Assembly (NCBI GenBank): GCA_036012755.1
Contig: DASCPX010000137.1
Coordinates: 130,456 to 194,455 of the forward strand
Direction: 5' to 3'
DNA: 64,000 nucleotides
Source of the DNA: Myxococcota bacterium
GTDB lineage: Bacteria; Myxococcota_A; UBA796; CAJQPC01
The translations under genes and the position numbers were made by a program. The notes under the pieces are model-generated. The model searched no databases and was not told the DNA's origin. It worked only from the letters and a program-made list of their open reading frames with translations. Positions 9,219 to 18,458 of the stretch are shown here, in pieces (positions within the stretch are counted from its first letter, which is position 1; every line of letters starts with the position of its first letter).

Positions 9219-9689
9219 CTACTCCGCCAGCTTGCGCAGGCGACCCTCGAGGGCCTCGATGTCCTCTTCGGAGAGGGCGCCGCGTAGGACCTCGACCACC
9301 TCTCCCGCCTTGTCCATGACGTAGCTGGTGGGCATCGCAGCCGGATCGAAGAGGCCCACCACCGCGCCATCCGGATCCAGGCCCACCAGGAGCGACAGCT
9401 CCAAGCGCTTGATCGTCGCGTCGACCGGGGGACGACGGCGATCGATGTTGATGGTGATGACCTGGGCGTCGCTGCCTTCGAGGCGCTCGCTCAGGGCGTC
9501 CAGCATCGGCAGCTCCGCGAGGCACGGAGCACACCAGGTCGCCCAGAAGTTCAGGAGTGTGGCCTTGCCCTCCAGCTGGGAACGACCGAGCTGGGCGTCT
9601 GCCGTCGTTGGCAGGAGGAAGGCAGGCGCGTCGCTCCCGACGGCGGTGGCCGCGTGAGCGGGGCCCAGGAAGAGCAGCAGGCAGCCCAT
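9219..9689 (-). CDS. TlpA-family thiol:disulfide oxidoreductase
   Basis: 'LLNFWATWCAPCLAELP', 'MPTSY'; signal peptide. Confidence 0.9.
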   Translation of the reverse strand: MGCLLLFLGPAHAATAVGSDAPAFLLPTTADAQLGRSQLEGKATLLNFWATWCAPCLAELPMLDALSERLEGSDAQVITINIDRRRPPVDATIKRLELSLLVGLDPDGAVVGLFDPAAMPTSYVMDKAGEVVEVLRGALSEEDIEALEGRLRKLAE

Positions 9690-10858
9690 CAGTAGACCCA
9701 CGCCGTCGACGTCCCCCCCGTGCCGCTGTCGACGCCGTCGCTGGGGGTCACCGTCAAGGTCCACTGCTGGCCTGTGTGCACGTCCTCTCCAGGCACCTCT
9801 GTGCCGGTCCCGTAGGCCGCGCCGTCCACCGTCCAGGCCACCGTGTAGGTGATCGCGTCGCCGTCCGCGTCGACGGACGCGGTGTCGATCATGGCGATGA
9901 GGGTGGTGCCCTCCCTGGGGTTGGTGGGGTCGATCCACACCGTGGGAGCCGTGGGCGCGGTGTTGGCCACCTCGACCTCGTCGCTCGCGACCGTCTCGCC
10001 GACCCCCTGGTCGTCGCTGACGGTCAGCTCACAGGACACGAGCTGCGCGCGCACCACCGAGCCTGCCGCGAGGATCTCGCCCTCGGCTGCCGCCACTCCA
10101 TCGATCGTCCAGACGATCTCTGTGCTCAGCTCGTCGTCGTCGGCATCGTCCTCTCCCAGCCCGATGCAGGTTGCCTCCGTCTCGGCGGTGAGCGGCTGGG
10201 GTGTGATCACTGCGGCGCCGAAGGTCGGCGGTGTGTTCGAGATCCCGACACCTGCCCACGCCTCGGCCCGGGCCTGGCTCCCGTCGACGGTCGCCGCCCT
10301 GCAGAGCCACTGCTCGTCGCGGGTGGTCTGGTCCGGGTCCACGCTGGAGCTGTCGGAGTCCTCTACCTCCACCCCGTCTCGGAACCAGGTGTACATGACC
10401 TCCAGCTGCTCGCCGTCGGGGTCCGCCAGCTCGACGGTGGCATCCAGGGTGTCAGAGGTGGTGGGCTGCTCGGGAGAGAGCGTGAGGCTGATCTCCGGGC
10501 CCTCGTTGGCGATCTGCACGTCGTCGAGGACCTCGTCGCTGACCAGTTCGCCAGCTCGCGCCGTGACGCTGAGGCTCCAGGTCTCTCCCACCGAGGTGAA
10601 GGAGGCGGGCACGGCCGCCGCGTCGTCCAGCTCTGGGACCGGCTCCCCGTCCACGCTCCAGCGCAGCGTCAGCTCGGGTGAGGCGCTCTCGGAGCTCTCC
10701 CCCGGGACCAGGACCAGGGCCAGGAGGTCCGCCGCGCTGCCAGGTGCCTGGGGCTGGATCGACACCACCGGCGCGGTGATCCAGGCGGGCTCCTCTGGCG
10801 TCGTGGAGGGTCGACCCCAGTCCTGATCGCAGGCGGGCAGCAGCAGGAGCCCCAACAT
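9689..10858 (-). CDS. Ig-like repeat lipoprotein
   Basis: LLLPAC lipobox; about 4 repeats 'NTxP...I.P..P.....L.....D.DGD....Y.W..DG......W...VTP.D'. Confidence 0.75.
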   Translation of the reverse strand: MLGLLLLPACDQDWGRPSTTPEEPAWITAPVVSIQPQAPGSAADLLALVLVPGESSESASPELTLRWSVDGEPVPELDDAAAVPASFTSVGETWSLSVTARAGELVSDEVLDDVQIANEGPEISLTLSPEQPTTSDTLDATVELADPDGEQLEVMYTWFRDGVEVEDSDSSSVDPDQTTRDEQWLCRAATVDGSQARAEAWAGVGISNTPPTFGAAVITPQPLTAETEATCIGLGEDDADDDELSTEIVWTIDGVAAAEGEILAAGSVVRAQLVSCELTVSDDQGVGETVASDEVEVANTAPTAPTVWIDPTNPREGTTLIAMIDTASVDADGDAITYTVAWTVDGAAYGTGTEVPGEDVHTGQQWTLTVTPSDGVDSGTGGTSTAWVY

Positions 10859-11736
10859 CAGGAGCCCACCAGGACGACGGCGGTCGTCACGGGCTCGCCC
10901 TCTGTGCGCCCGTCGTAGGGGGTGACGACGCAGTAGACGGTCTCGGCGCCGGCGTAGTCGTCCAGGTCCAGGCTCGACAGGCTCCCAGGCACCGCGTCGT
11001 CGTCCACGTGCCAAGCATAGCGGAAAGCAGCCGGATCGTCGTCCGCGTCCTCCCAGCCGGTCGTGGACACCGACAACATGTTGTCTTCGACCTCGATCGT
11101 CGCGCTGGCGACCGAGGGTGCGGCGTTGTCGATCACCGCGTACTGCTTCAGCTCCTCGCCCACCTCCTCGCCGTCATCGGGGGTGACGCTGACCTCGACG
11201 AGCTGATCTCGCAGCGCCAGGCCAGCCGGCAGCGAGGACGAGATCTGGGTCTCCAGCGCCGCGCCGTCCACCGCCCACTGGTAGGCGAGGCTGACGGGAT
11301 CGCCGTCCTCGTCCGAGGTCGTGACCTGGGCGATCAGCGGCTGGGTGACATCCCCACTCTCGAGCACCACGTCGTCCACGACCGGGGGGGTGTTGACGAT
11401 GAGCACCTTGGCGCTCAGCGGCGGCTCTCGGGGGCCGTCCAGCTCTGGGGTGACGACCACCCTCCAGCTCTCGCCCTTCTGGGTCTGGTCCGCTGGGATC
11501 ACCAGGCCCTCCAGGCCCACGATCTCCTCGTTGTCCCGGAACCAGGCGGTGGAGATGGCGGAGGTGTTGTCGCTGGTGGTGACCCCTACGAGCAGATCAT
11601 CTGCCGTCTGCGGTCGATCGGGGCTGAGCACGACCTCGATGACGCCTCCGGTGTCCTGCTGGGGTTCGCCAGCCTCGCCACCTCCCGGGACATCACAGGC
11701 GGCGAGCAGGACGAGGGCGAGGAACTCAGAACGCAC
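10858..11736 (-). CDS. Ig-like repeat lipoprotein (same repeat type as neighbour)
   Basis: LLAAC lipobox; about 3 repeats with 'D.DGD...Y.W.VD...VTP.DG'. Confidence 0.75.
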   Translation of the reverse strand: MRSEFLALVLLAACDVPGGGEAGEPQQDTGGVIEVVLSPDRPQTADDLLVGVTTSDNTSAISTAWFRDNEEIVGLEGLVIPADQTQKGESWRVVVTPELDGPREPPLSAKVLIVNTPPVVDDVVLESGDVTQPLIAQVTTSDEDGDPVSLAYQWAVDGAALETQISSSLPAGLALRDQLVEVSVTPDDGEEVGEELKQYAVIDNAAPSVASATIEVEDNMLSVSTTGWEDADDDPAAFRYAWHVDDDAVPGSLSSLDLDDYAGAETVYCVVTPYDGRTEGEPVTTAVVLVGS

Positions 11737-12829
11737 TGGTCACTCCGAAGCGACCCACGTGGGCGACGAAGGACCAGTCGTCGTGGGTCTGGAGATAGTA
11801 GTCGTATGCCAGGTGGACGGAGAGCTGGGTGAGGCGCTCTGGATCGAGGCGCGAGCGCACTGGCTCGAGGTCGACCACGGCCTGGGTCCCCCAGAGCTGG
11901 CTCACCATGGCGTCGTACTTGTAGTCCAGGCTGAGGTAGGTGAGCTGGCGGGCCTCGGCCGCGGTGTAGCTGTCCTGGTGGAAGTCCGACGCGGTCTGCA
12001 CGTAGTGCCTGTAGCGGAGTCCCAGGATGACCAGCTCGCCGACGTGCTGGTTGTAGGCGAGCTCGGCGGTCACCGAGCGGATCCCCCAGTCGTCCCGGTA
12101 GAGCCTCACGAAGGGGTGGAGGGCCCCCCGGATCGGCACCCACTGGTCCACTCGCAGCGAGGCGGCCTCTCGGAAGCGGCGCTCGGGGTGGGTCTCCATG
12201 ACGTAGACCGGACTCTGTTCGGCGTGGGAGACGATGTCCGAGTAGTAGGGGCTGGCCTGGTAGCCACGCACCCAGGTGGGGCTGTAGCTCAGGGTCAGCA
12301 CCGTTCCGCGCGTGAGGACCTGGGCGAAGGTGAAGCGCCAGGCGTCGGTGTCCTTGCGGAGTGACTCCGTGCCGGCCTGGCCCAGGCGCAAGGGCTCGAT
12401 GGTGTCGAAGCTGTGGTACCAGTAGGCATCCAGGGTGGTGCAGCGCTGGGCGAAGTCGCGGCTGAGACCGCCCCCCACCGTCGTCGAGCCGTAGTCGGGC
12501 TCCACGCTGCGCTCCAAGAGCATCGAGCCCCGCTGTGCCCCGCGGTCGTAGCCCACGCCCAGGCTGCCGGCGCGGCGGGTCTCCTCGCCCATCTCCGGGC
12601 TCGCCGAGCTCATGCCGTCGATGCGTCGGGATGCGGAGGAGATCACGTCCACGAAGGCTCTGCCGGTCACCGCCACCGTGTCGGAGACGTCCATCGAAGC
12701 GTTGGCAACGGGAGTGGACACCAGGGTGCCAAGGGAGTCGGTGTAGAGGTGGCCCGAGACCATCACCCGTTCATCCGCAGCCGCCACCCCGACCAGGGCG
12801 GCACCGAGCAGGGCGAGGCTCAGTTGCAA
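11726..12829 (-). CDS. DUF3570 family outer-membrane beta-barrel, putative flavinylation substrate
   Basis: 'VDVISSAS', 'SVEPDYGS', 'ETHPERRFR', 'RLYRDDWGIRS.T', 'RYRHYVQTASDF'; terminal Phe; context with DUF4266, TlpA and ApbE. Confidence 0.85.
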   Translation of the reverse strand: MQLSLALLGAALVGVAAADERVMVSGHLYTDSLGTLVSTPVANASMDVSDTVAVTGRAFVDVISSASRRIDGMSSASPEMGEETRRAGSLGVGYDRGAQRGSMLLERSVEPDYGSTTVGGGLSRDFAQRCTTLDAYWYHSFDTIEPLRLGQAGTESLRKDTDAWRFTFAQVLTRGTVLTLSYSPTWVRGYQASPYYSDIVSHAEQSPVYVMETHPERRFREAASLRVDQWVPIRGALHPFVRLYRDDWGIRSVTAELAYNQHVGELVILGLRYRHYVQTASDFHQDSYTAAEARQLTYLSLDYKYDAMVSQLWGTQAVVDLEPVRSRLDPERLTQLSVHLAYDYYLQTHDDWSFVAHVGRFGVTSAF

Positions 12830-13026
12830 CCGCAGCCCCCGCCGGCGACCGCGTAGCCGCCAGCGCTGCCTTCACGCGTGCAGATGAAGTGCTGCTCGAG
12901 GAAGAGGGACTCGGGGATCAGCTCCGGCTGCATGACCGGGTCGGCCAACAGCTCCCGCTCATAGGACCGCACGGTGGCGCAGCCGCTCAGCAGCAGCACC
13001 AGCAGGACCTTCAAGAGTGTCTTCAT
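12820..13026 (-). CDS. DUF4266 family lipoprotein
   Basis: 'LLSGCATVRSYERELLADPVM...REGSAGG....GGGCGCN'. Confidence 0.9.
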   Translation of the reverse strand: MKTLLKVLLVLLLSGCATVRSYERELLADPVMQPELIPESLFLEQHFICTREGSAGGYAVAGGGCGCN

Positions 13027-13033
13027 GGGCACC

Positions 13034-15286
13034 TCAGTTGTCCAGCGCTCCCTGGTCGATCCAGGTAGCGATGTCCGCGCTCTCGTCCGTGGTGAACCAG
13101 CCGCTGGCGTGGTGATTCCCCTTCGTGACGAGGGCGCTCGTGGAGCTGCTGTAGGGGGTGACTGTGCCGCTGGACATGACCAGATCGTAGGAGCTCACGT
13201 CGAGGTCGCCGTCGATCCTCTCGTCACCGTGGCAGCTGTGACAGCTGGCGATCAAGATGGGCAGGACGGTGTCGTTGAAGGAGGTCGGGGGCCAGGTGGT
13301 GGCCGAGAGCTCCACGACGTTGTCGTCCTCGTTGCCGTCGGCGTCCTCTGCTCGCACCACCAGGTACCAGGTGCTGCCGTAGTCCAGGTCTTCGAACTCC
13401 GCCGAGGTCTCTCCGGGCGCCGTCGTGGACTCGGGCACCGAGAAGTCCTGCCCACCGGCGACATCTGAGAGGTAGAGGCGGTAGATCAGCTCGGATCGCG
13501 GCGTGGAGTCGTCCGAGGCCGCGGACCAGCTGGCCTGCAGGGCCGTCTCGCTGGTGGCCTCCAGCGACTCCACCCCGGCGAAGACCGGAGGCCCCTCGCC
13601 GCCGCCGCCCGCGACTCCGAAGAAGATGCTCTCGGACTCCGTGCGCGTGTTTCCGCTGAGGTCCGCCAGCCCGGCGCCGAGCCCGAGCTCGCAGAAGCTG
13701 CCCGAGGGGAGGGGGGCGAACAGCTGCAGCTCGATGGCGACGAGCTCGCTGTCGTAGCTGGGCAACAGCTGCTGATCGGCCCCGCTGCAGCTCAGGGTGA
13801 TCAGCTCGGCGTCGAAGCTGCGCAGGTCCGGGGCCTCGGACAGGGCCAGTCGTGGCTGGGTGTCGGGGTCGTTGTCCGTGCTCCCGTCCCCGGGGGTCGT
13901 GCCGGTGATCCGAGGGGGTTGGCGGTCTTCAGCCGTGCCGATGGTGAGGCCCCACGATGGGACCTGCGCCTCGTTTCCGCTCAGATCCGTGGGGGTCGTG
14001 TCCAATCTCAGCAGCACCTGCTCCCCCGCTGGCAGGCCCTCGTCCGCGCTCCAGGTCAGCGTTCGCCCGTCTTCGTGCAGCTCCAGCTCTCCGAGCACCA
14101 CGACGCTGTCGTACTCGACGAGCAGCCCCTCGGCGCTCAGGGAGTCGGGGTCGAGCTCCTCGTCGAAGCGAAGCTGTACCGCGGAGCCGGGCGGGACCCG
14201 CCGGGTGTCGGGGGTGGGCAGGATGGCCTCGGCCTCGGGCGCGGTGTGATCGGGCCAGGTCTGGAAGACCAGCAGGGTGGGGCCTTCCTGCGCAGCGCCG
14301 CCCTCGCTGCGGAGCCCCTCGAGCCACAGCGCGCAGCTGCGACCTTCGGTCAAGGGCAGGCGGGGCTCCAGCTCGATCATGGCCTCTTCGCTGTCGTAGG
14401 AGACCGCGGCTCCCAGTGGGGCGCAGGTGGTGTCGAGCGAGGCGCTGTCCTCGCTGACGCTGGAGGCCTGAAGCGGGGCACGGAACCAGACCTGTAGCAG
14501 CCGCTCGGGGTCGACTCCGCTCTCTCCGCTGGCGGGGCTGGAGTCAAGCACCCGGGGGCCTCGATCCCCTCCGGTCTGGAAGTCGATGCGCTGCTGGGAC
14601 GCCAGGTGGTTTCCTGCCAGGTCCCGCAGGGCGCGCTCCAGCACCAGGGTGTACCCGGCCCCTTCCTGCAGCTCCTCCAGGGGTCGCAGGTAGAGCCGGG
14701 AGTCCTGCTCCGAGGCGATGATGGCGAGCTCCACGCTGCCCTCGTCCCCCTCCAGGTGCAGGCTGGCCGCGGAGAGACCGGCGACATCCAGCGGCTCTGA
14801 CAGCAGGATCTCGAAGGCGCCGAGCGTGTCGACTCCCTCCGCCTGGTCCGCCGGGGTCGACAGCAGGACCTCTGGAGGGATGTGGTCCGTCGCCACGAGC
14901 GCGCCGAGGGCGCCCTGGTCGCCGCCGGGCCGGTGACAGAGGTTGCAGTCCGCGGTCGCCGGTAGCTGGTGGTCCGCTGAGCGCTGGTCTCCCAGCTGGA
15001 AGGTCACCGCACCCGCCGGGAGGCGCTCGAGGCTGTAGAAGAGCCCGAGCTCGGTGCTGGTCGCCAGGAAAGTGGTGCGGCCCGAGCTGTCGGTGAGTCT
15101 CAGCTCCGCGTCGGCCAGCGGCGAGCCTGCCTCCAGGTCCGTGAAGACCGTCCCGGAGGCGGTGAAGCCAGGGTGGCAGGCCGCGCTGCTGCAGCTGGGC
15201 GTGCCAGCGTGCACGGCGTCGAGGTCGGCGTTGCTTCCAGCGCTCAGGTCGCAACCCGCGGCGAGTACGAGCAGGGCTGGGAGCAT
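13034..15286 (-). CDS. Lipoprotein cytochrome c: diheme N-domain, four SbsA/Big_5 Ig domains, FN3, C-terminal monoheme domain
   Basis: LAAGC lipobox; CSSAACH, CNLCH, CHSCH; four 'D..PP.V....P..G..GV.....FSE.LD...DL.GN' repeats; terminal 'WIDQGALDN'. Confidence 0.8.
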   Translation of the reverse strand: MLPALLVLAAGCDLSAGSNADLDAVHAGTPSCSSAACHPGFTASGTVFTDLEAGSPLADAELRLTDSSGRTTFLATSTELGLFYSLERLPAGAVTFQLGDQRSADHQLPATADCNLCHRPGGDQGALGALVATDHIPPEVLLSTPADQAEGVDTLGAFEILLSEPLDVAGLSAASLHLEGDEGSVELAIIASEQDSRLYLRPLEELQEGAGYTLVLERALRDLAGNHLASQQRIDFQTGGDRGPRVLDSSPASGESGVDPERLLQVWFRAPLQASSVSEDSASLDTTCAPLGAAVSYDSEEAMIELEPRLPLTEGRSCALWLEGLRSEGGAAQEGPTLLVFQTWPDHTAPEAEAILPTPDTRRVPPGSAVQLRFDEELDPDSLSAEGLLVEYDSVVVLGELELHEDGRTLTWSADEGLPAGEQVLLRLDTTPTDLSGNEAQVPSWGLTIGTAEDRQPPRITGTTPGDGSTDNDPDTQPRLALSEAPDLRSFDAELITLSCSGADQQLLPSYDSELVAIELQLFAPLPSGSFCELGLGAGLADLSGNTRTESESIFFGVAGGGGEGPPVFAGVESLEATSETALQASWSAASDDSTPRSELIYRLYLSDVAGGQDFSVPESTTAPGETSAEFEDLDYGSTWYLVVRAEDADGNEDDNVVELSATTWPPTSFNDTVLPILIASCHSCHGDERIDGDLDVSSYDLVMSSGTVTPYSSSTSALVTKGNHHASGWFTTDESADIATWIDQGALDN

Positions 15287-15292
15287 CGGCTC

Positions 15293-15300
15293 AGTATAGT
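15293..15300. promoter_or_regulatory. Overlapping bidirectional -10 elements
   Basis: AGTATAGT reads TATAGT on + (8 nt before ATG 15309) and TATACT on - (6 nt before ATG 15286); gap between starts is 22 bp. Confidence 0.55.
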
Positions 15301-15308
15301 GATCCGCC

Positions 15309-16325
15309 ATGGTCTCCCCTCGATCCATCGGCAGGTGGGTCCTGCCCGCCTCGGCGCTGCTGCTGACCGCCGCGGCGCCTCCCGTGGACGACGAGGCGAT
15401 GGTCCACGCGCAGCGGGAGCTGATGGGCACCGGCTTCCAGGTCCGGATCCCCGTCACGGAGCAGACCCGCCTGGAGGCGGAGCGGGTCGCCGAGCTTGCC
15501 CTGGACGAGGTCGCCCGCATCGAGCGCCTGGTCTCCAGCTGGCTGGCCGACAGCCAGCTCTCAGAGGTCAACCGCCGCGCTGGAGGGACCCCTGTGCCGG
15601 TGGACGCCGAGCTCCTTGGCCTGGTCCGGCGGGCCTTGGAGATCTGCAACCAGACCGGTGGGCTCTTCGACATCACCTATCGGCCGCTGGCGGCCGTCTG
15701 GGAGCTGTCGGCCGAGCCCTTCGTCCTGCCCGAGCCAGCCCTGGTCGCCGCTGCCCGCGACAAGGTCGACTGCAGCAAGGTCGAGGTGGACGAGGGAGCC
15801 TCGACCCTGCGCCTGGCAGAGGAGGGCATGTCCATCGGCCTGGGCGGCATCGCGAAGGGCTACGCGGTCGATCGGGCCTCTGCGTTGCTCTGGAGTGAGG
15901 GCTTCATCGACAGCCTCGTGGATGGGGGCGGGGACGTCCTCGCCCGAGGCAGACCCGCAGACCGCAGCTGGCTCGTGGGTGTGCAGCATCCCCGGGAGCC
16001 GCTGGGCACGCCGCTGGCCCAGGTCGCGCTGGAGGATCGGGCTCTGGTGACCTCTGGCGACTACCTGCGCTTCGCCATGCACGAGGGCACCCGCTACCAC
16101 CACATCCTGGATCCCCGCACGGGCCAGCCGGCTCGCGGGTTGATCTCGGTGAGCGTCCTCGACGCCTCTGCCGAGCGCGCCGACGCCCTGGCCACGGCCC
16201 TGTTCGTGGCGGGGCCGGAGGGGGCCCTCGAGCTCCTCGGGCAGCTCCCGGAGGTGGACGCGCTGTTGGTGATCGAGGGGGGCGAGCTCTCGATGACCGA
16301 GGGCTTCGCGGCGACGATGCAGTGA
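15309..16325 (+). CDS. apbE: FAD:protein FMN transferase
   Basis: 'LMGT', 'GLFDITYRPL...W', 'LGGIAKGYAVD', 'TSGDY', 'YHHILDPRTG', 'ADALATALFV'. Confidence 0.95.
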   Translation: MVSPRSIGRWVLPASALLLTAAAPPVDDEAMVHAQRELMGTGFQVRIPVTEQTRLEAERVAELALDEVARIERLVSSWLADSQLSEVNRRAGGTPVPVDAELLGLVRRALEICNQTGGLFDITYRPLAAVWELSAEPFVLPEPALVAAARDKVDCSKVEVDEGASTLRLAEEGMSIGLGGIAKGYAVDRASALLWSEGFIDSLVDGGGDVLARGRPADRSWLVGVQHPREPLGTPLAQVALEDRALVTSGDYLRFAMHEGTRYHHILDPRTGQPARGLISVSVLDASAERADALATALFVAGPEGALELLGQLPEVDALLVIEGGELSMTEGFAATMQ

Positions 16326-16329
16326 GTCG

Positions 16330-16551
16330 CTACGCCGCTCTGCGCGACTCGCTCGAGAGGTCTACGACAAGGGCGAAGGGACCTTGGGCCGCCTCCAGGG
16401 ATCGAAGCTCCGAGGCCGAGCTCAGCTCGAAGACCTCGTAGCCCTGCTTCTGGAGACGAAGTCGTGAGATCGCCCGCTGGCTCGCCAGGGGGTGGACGAC
16501 ACAAGCTCGCTTCTGAGGCGGCTGCACGAGCCGCAGGACGCGTTGGATCAT
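16330..16551 (-). CDS. Small hypothetical protein, possibly a degenerate receiver-like fragment
   Basis: 73-aa ORF filling the intergenic gap; 'LQKQGYEVFELSSASE' resembles receiver alpha1-beta2. Confidence 0.4.
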   Translation of the reverse strand: MIQRVLRLVQPPQKRACVVHPLASQRAISRLRLQKQGYEVFELSSASELRSLEAAQGPFALVVDLSSESRRAA

Positions 16552-16640
16552 TCTGGGTGCGCTCCGGGGAAGGGCCTCTTGGCTCGGGTTCCTCCAGTGA
16601 TGGAAGCGGAATCCGCGGTCGTTGACGTTAGGGTGGTGAG

Positions 16641-18458
16641 GTGATCTGGCTGTTGCTGGCCTGCAAGGGCGATCCGACGCAGGACTCTCAGGGAGGCCTC
16701 GAGCCGATCTGCGTGGACGACGCCAGCTGGAGCGCCGGGACCCGGGCCTTCACCAACGCGACCGAGTCCTGGGAGCTCGACAGCCTCGCCGCGACCGGCA
16801 TCCGCATCAGCGCCGTCGACTTCGACGGAGACGGGTGGACCGACCTCGTCGTGCGCGGGGGCCACGGCGTCGACTCGTCCTCCAGGAACACCTGGCTCCT
16901 GCGGAACACGGGCGAGAGGTCCTTCGAGGACGTCACCGGGGAGCTGCCGAGCCGCTCTGGGGCAGTTCGGGAAGGCGCCAACTGGGTCTTTGCGGACGTC
17001 GACGGTGACGGCGATCTCGACGCCTTCTCCGGGCTCGCCGACTCCGATGGGTCTCTGGAGCCCGAGACCAGCGAGATCCTGTTGAACGACGGGACCGGTG
17101 TCTTCAGCCTCGGCTCAGAGGACCTCGAGCTGCGGCGAGGCAGCGGAGACATGCCCTACGGCGCCGCCTTTGCGGACGTCGACGGGGACGGACACGTCGA
17201 CCTCTGGGTCACCGAGTACCCCAGCTCCAACTACCAGACCGACCGCTTCTATGCGGGGGACGGGGCTGGCGGCTTCACCGACCTCACGAAGGACCGCGGG
17301 CTCAAGACCATCGCCTGGAGCGCCGTGAGCGACCTCAACGCCGGCCTCGGTCACAGCGTCGCCTGGTCCGCGCTCGCCTGCGACCTCGACGACGACGGCC
17401 GCCCCGAGCTGCTCGCCTCCAGCTATGGCCGAGCGCCCAACCACCTCTGGCACAACGACGGCACCGGCCACTTCGAGAACGTCTCGGTCTCCAGCGGCTA
17501 CGCCTACGACGAGCGCACCGACTGGAGCGACAACGAGTCGGCTCGATGCTGGTGCAAGCTGCATCCCGACGACGATGACTGCGAGGGCGTGCCCGAGCCG
17601 GAGCGGATCGCCTGCAACACCGACAGCGACGCCTTCCGGTGGAGCCACTCCAGCGATCGCGAGGCCTACCGGCTGGGGGGCAACAGCGGGGCCACGATGT
17701 GCGGCGACGTGGACAACGACGGCCTCGCCGATCTCCTCACCACCGAGATCGTGCACTGGGACGGGGGCTCCAGCTCGGACCCGGCCGAGCTGCTGTTCAA
17801 CGCTGGTGACGTGGTCTTCGAGCGGCCTGGCAACGAGGTGACGGGGCTGGTCCGCGAGCACGACCGGGTCGACTGGAACGACGGGGACATCACGGGCTCG
17901 CTCTTCGACTTCGACAACGACGGCTGGCTCGACGTCTACATCGGAGACAGCGACTACCCGGACAGCCGCGGGCGCCTCTGGCGGCAGACCGCCCCTCGAC
18001 AGTTCGAGGGCGTGCCCATCGAGGACGGCATCGACCACTTCCGCTCCCATGGCTCCGCTGTGGCTGACTTCGACCGCGACGGGGACCTCGACATCGCGGT
18101 CGGCCACTCGGGCGCCCGCTGCGACTCGGACTGCTACGACGAGATGCACGTGCGCATGTTCGAGAACCAGCTCGGCGGCAACTTCGTCCAGCTCCGGCTG
18201 AGAGCCACGACCGGCTCGAACTCCGCGGCCATCGGGGCCAGGGTGCGCCTGACGACCGGGTTCACCCAGACCCACGAGGTCACCGGAGGCCACGGTCAGT
18301 GGGGCGCCCAGGACGACCTCGTGGTGCACTTCGGCATGGGCGAGGCCTGCACGGGCGCCCTCGAGGTCCGCTGGCCCTCGGGCGACGTCGAGACCTTCGA
18401 CGTGATGAGCGGCTACCTCTACGAGGTCGTCGAGGGCGAGGGCGCGATCATCCCGTGA
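16641..18458 (+). CDS. FG-GAP/VCBS repeat plus ASPIC/UnbV (CRTAC1-like) lipoprotein
   Basis: Many 'D.DGDG..DL' repeats; 'NSAAIGARV..GGHG..Q....HFGMG...VRWPSG'. Confidence 0.9.
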   Translation: MIWLLLACKGDPTQDSQGGLEPICVDDASWSAGTRAFTNATESWELDSLAATGIRISAVDFDGDGWTDLVVRGGHGVDSSSRNTWLLRNTGERSFEDVTGELPSRSGAVREGANWVFADVDGDGDLDAFSGLADSDGSLEPETSEILLNDGTGVFSLGSEDLELRRGSGDMPYGAAFADVDGDGHVDLWVTEYPSSNYQTDRFYAGDGAGGFTDLTKDRGLKTIAWSAVSDLNAGLGHSVAWSALACDLDDDGRPELLASSYGRAPNHLWHNDGTGHFENVSVSSGYAYDERTDWSDNESARCWCKLHPDDDDCEGVPEPERIACNTDSDAFRWSHSSDREAYRLGGNSGATMCGDVDNDGLADLLTTEIVHWDGGSSSDPAELLFNAGDVVFERPGNEVTGLVREHDRVDWNDGDITGSLFDFDNDGWLDVYIGDSDYPDSRGRLWRQTAPRQFEGVPIEDGIDHFRSHGSAVADFDRDGDLDIAVGHSGARCDSDCYDEMHVRMFENQLGGNFVQLRLRATTGSNSAAIGARVRLTTGFTQTHEVTGGHGQWGAQDDLVVHFGMGEACTGALEVRWPSGDVETFDVMSGYLYEVVEGEGAIIP

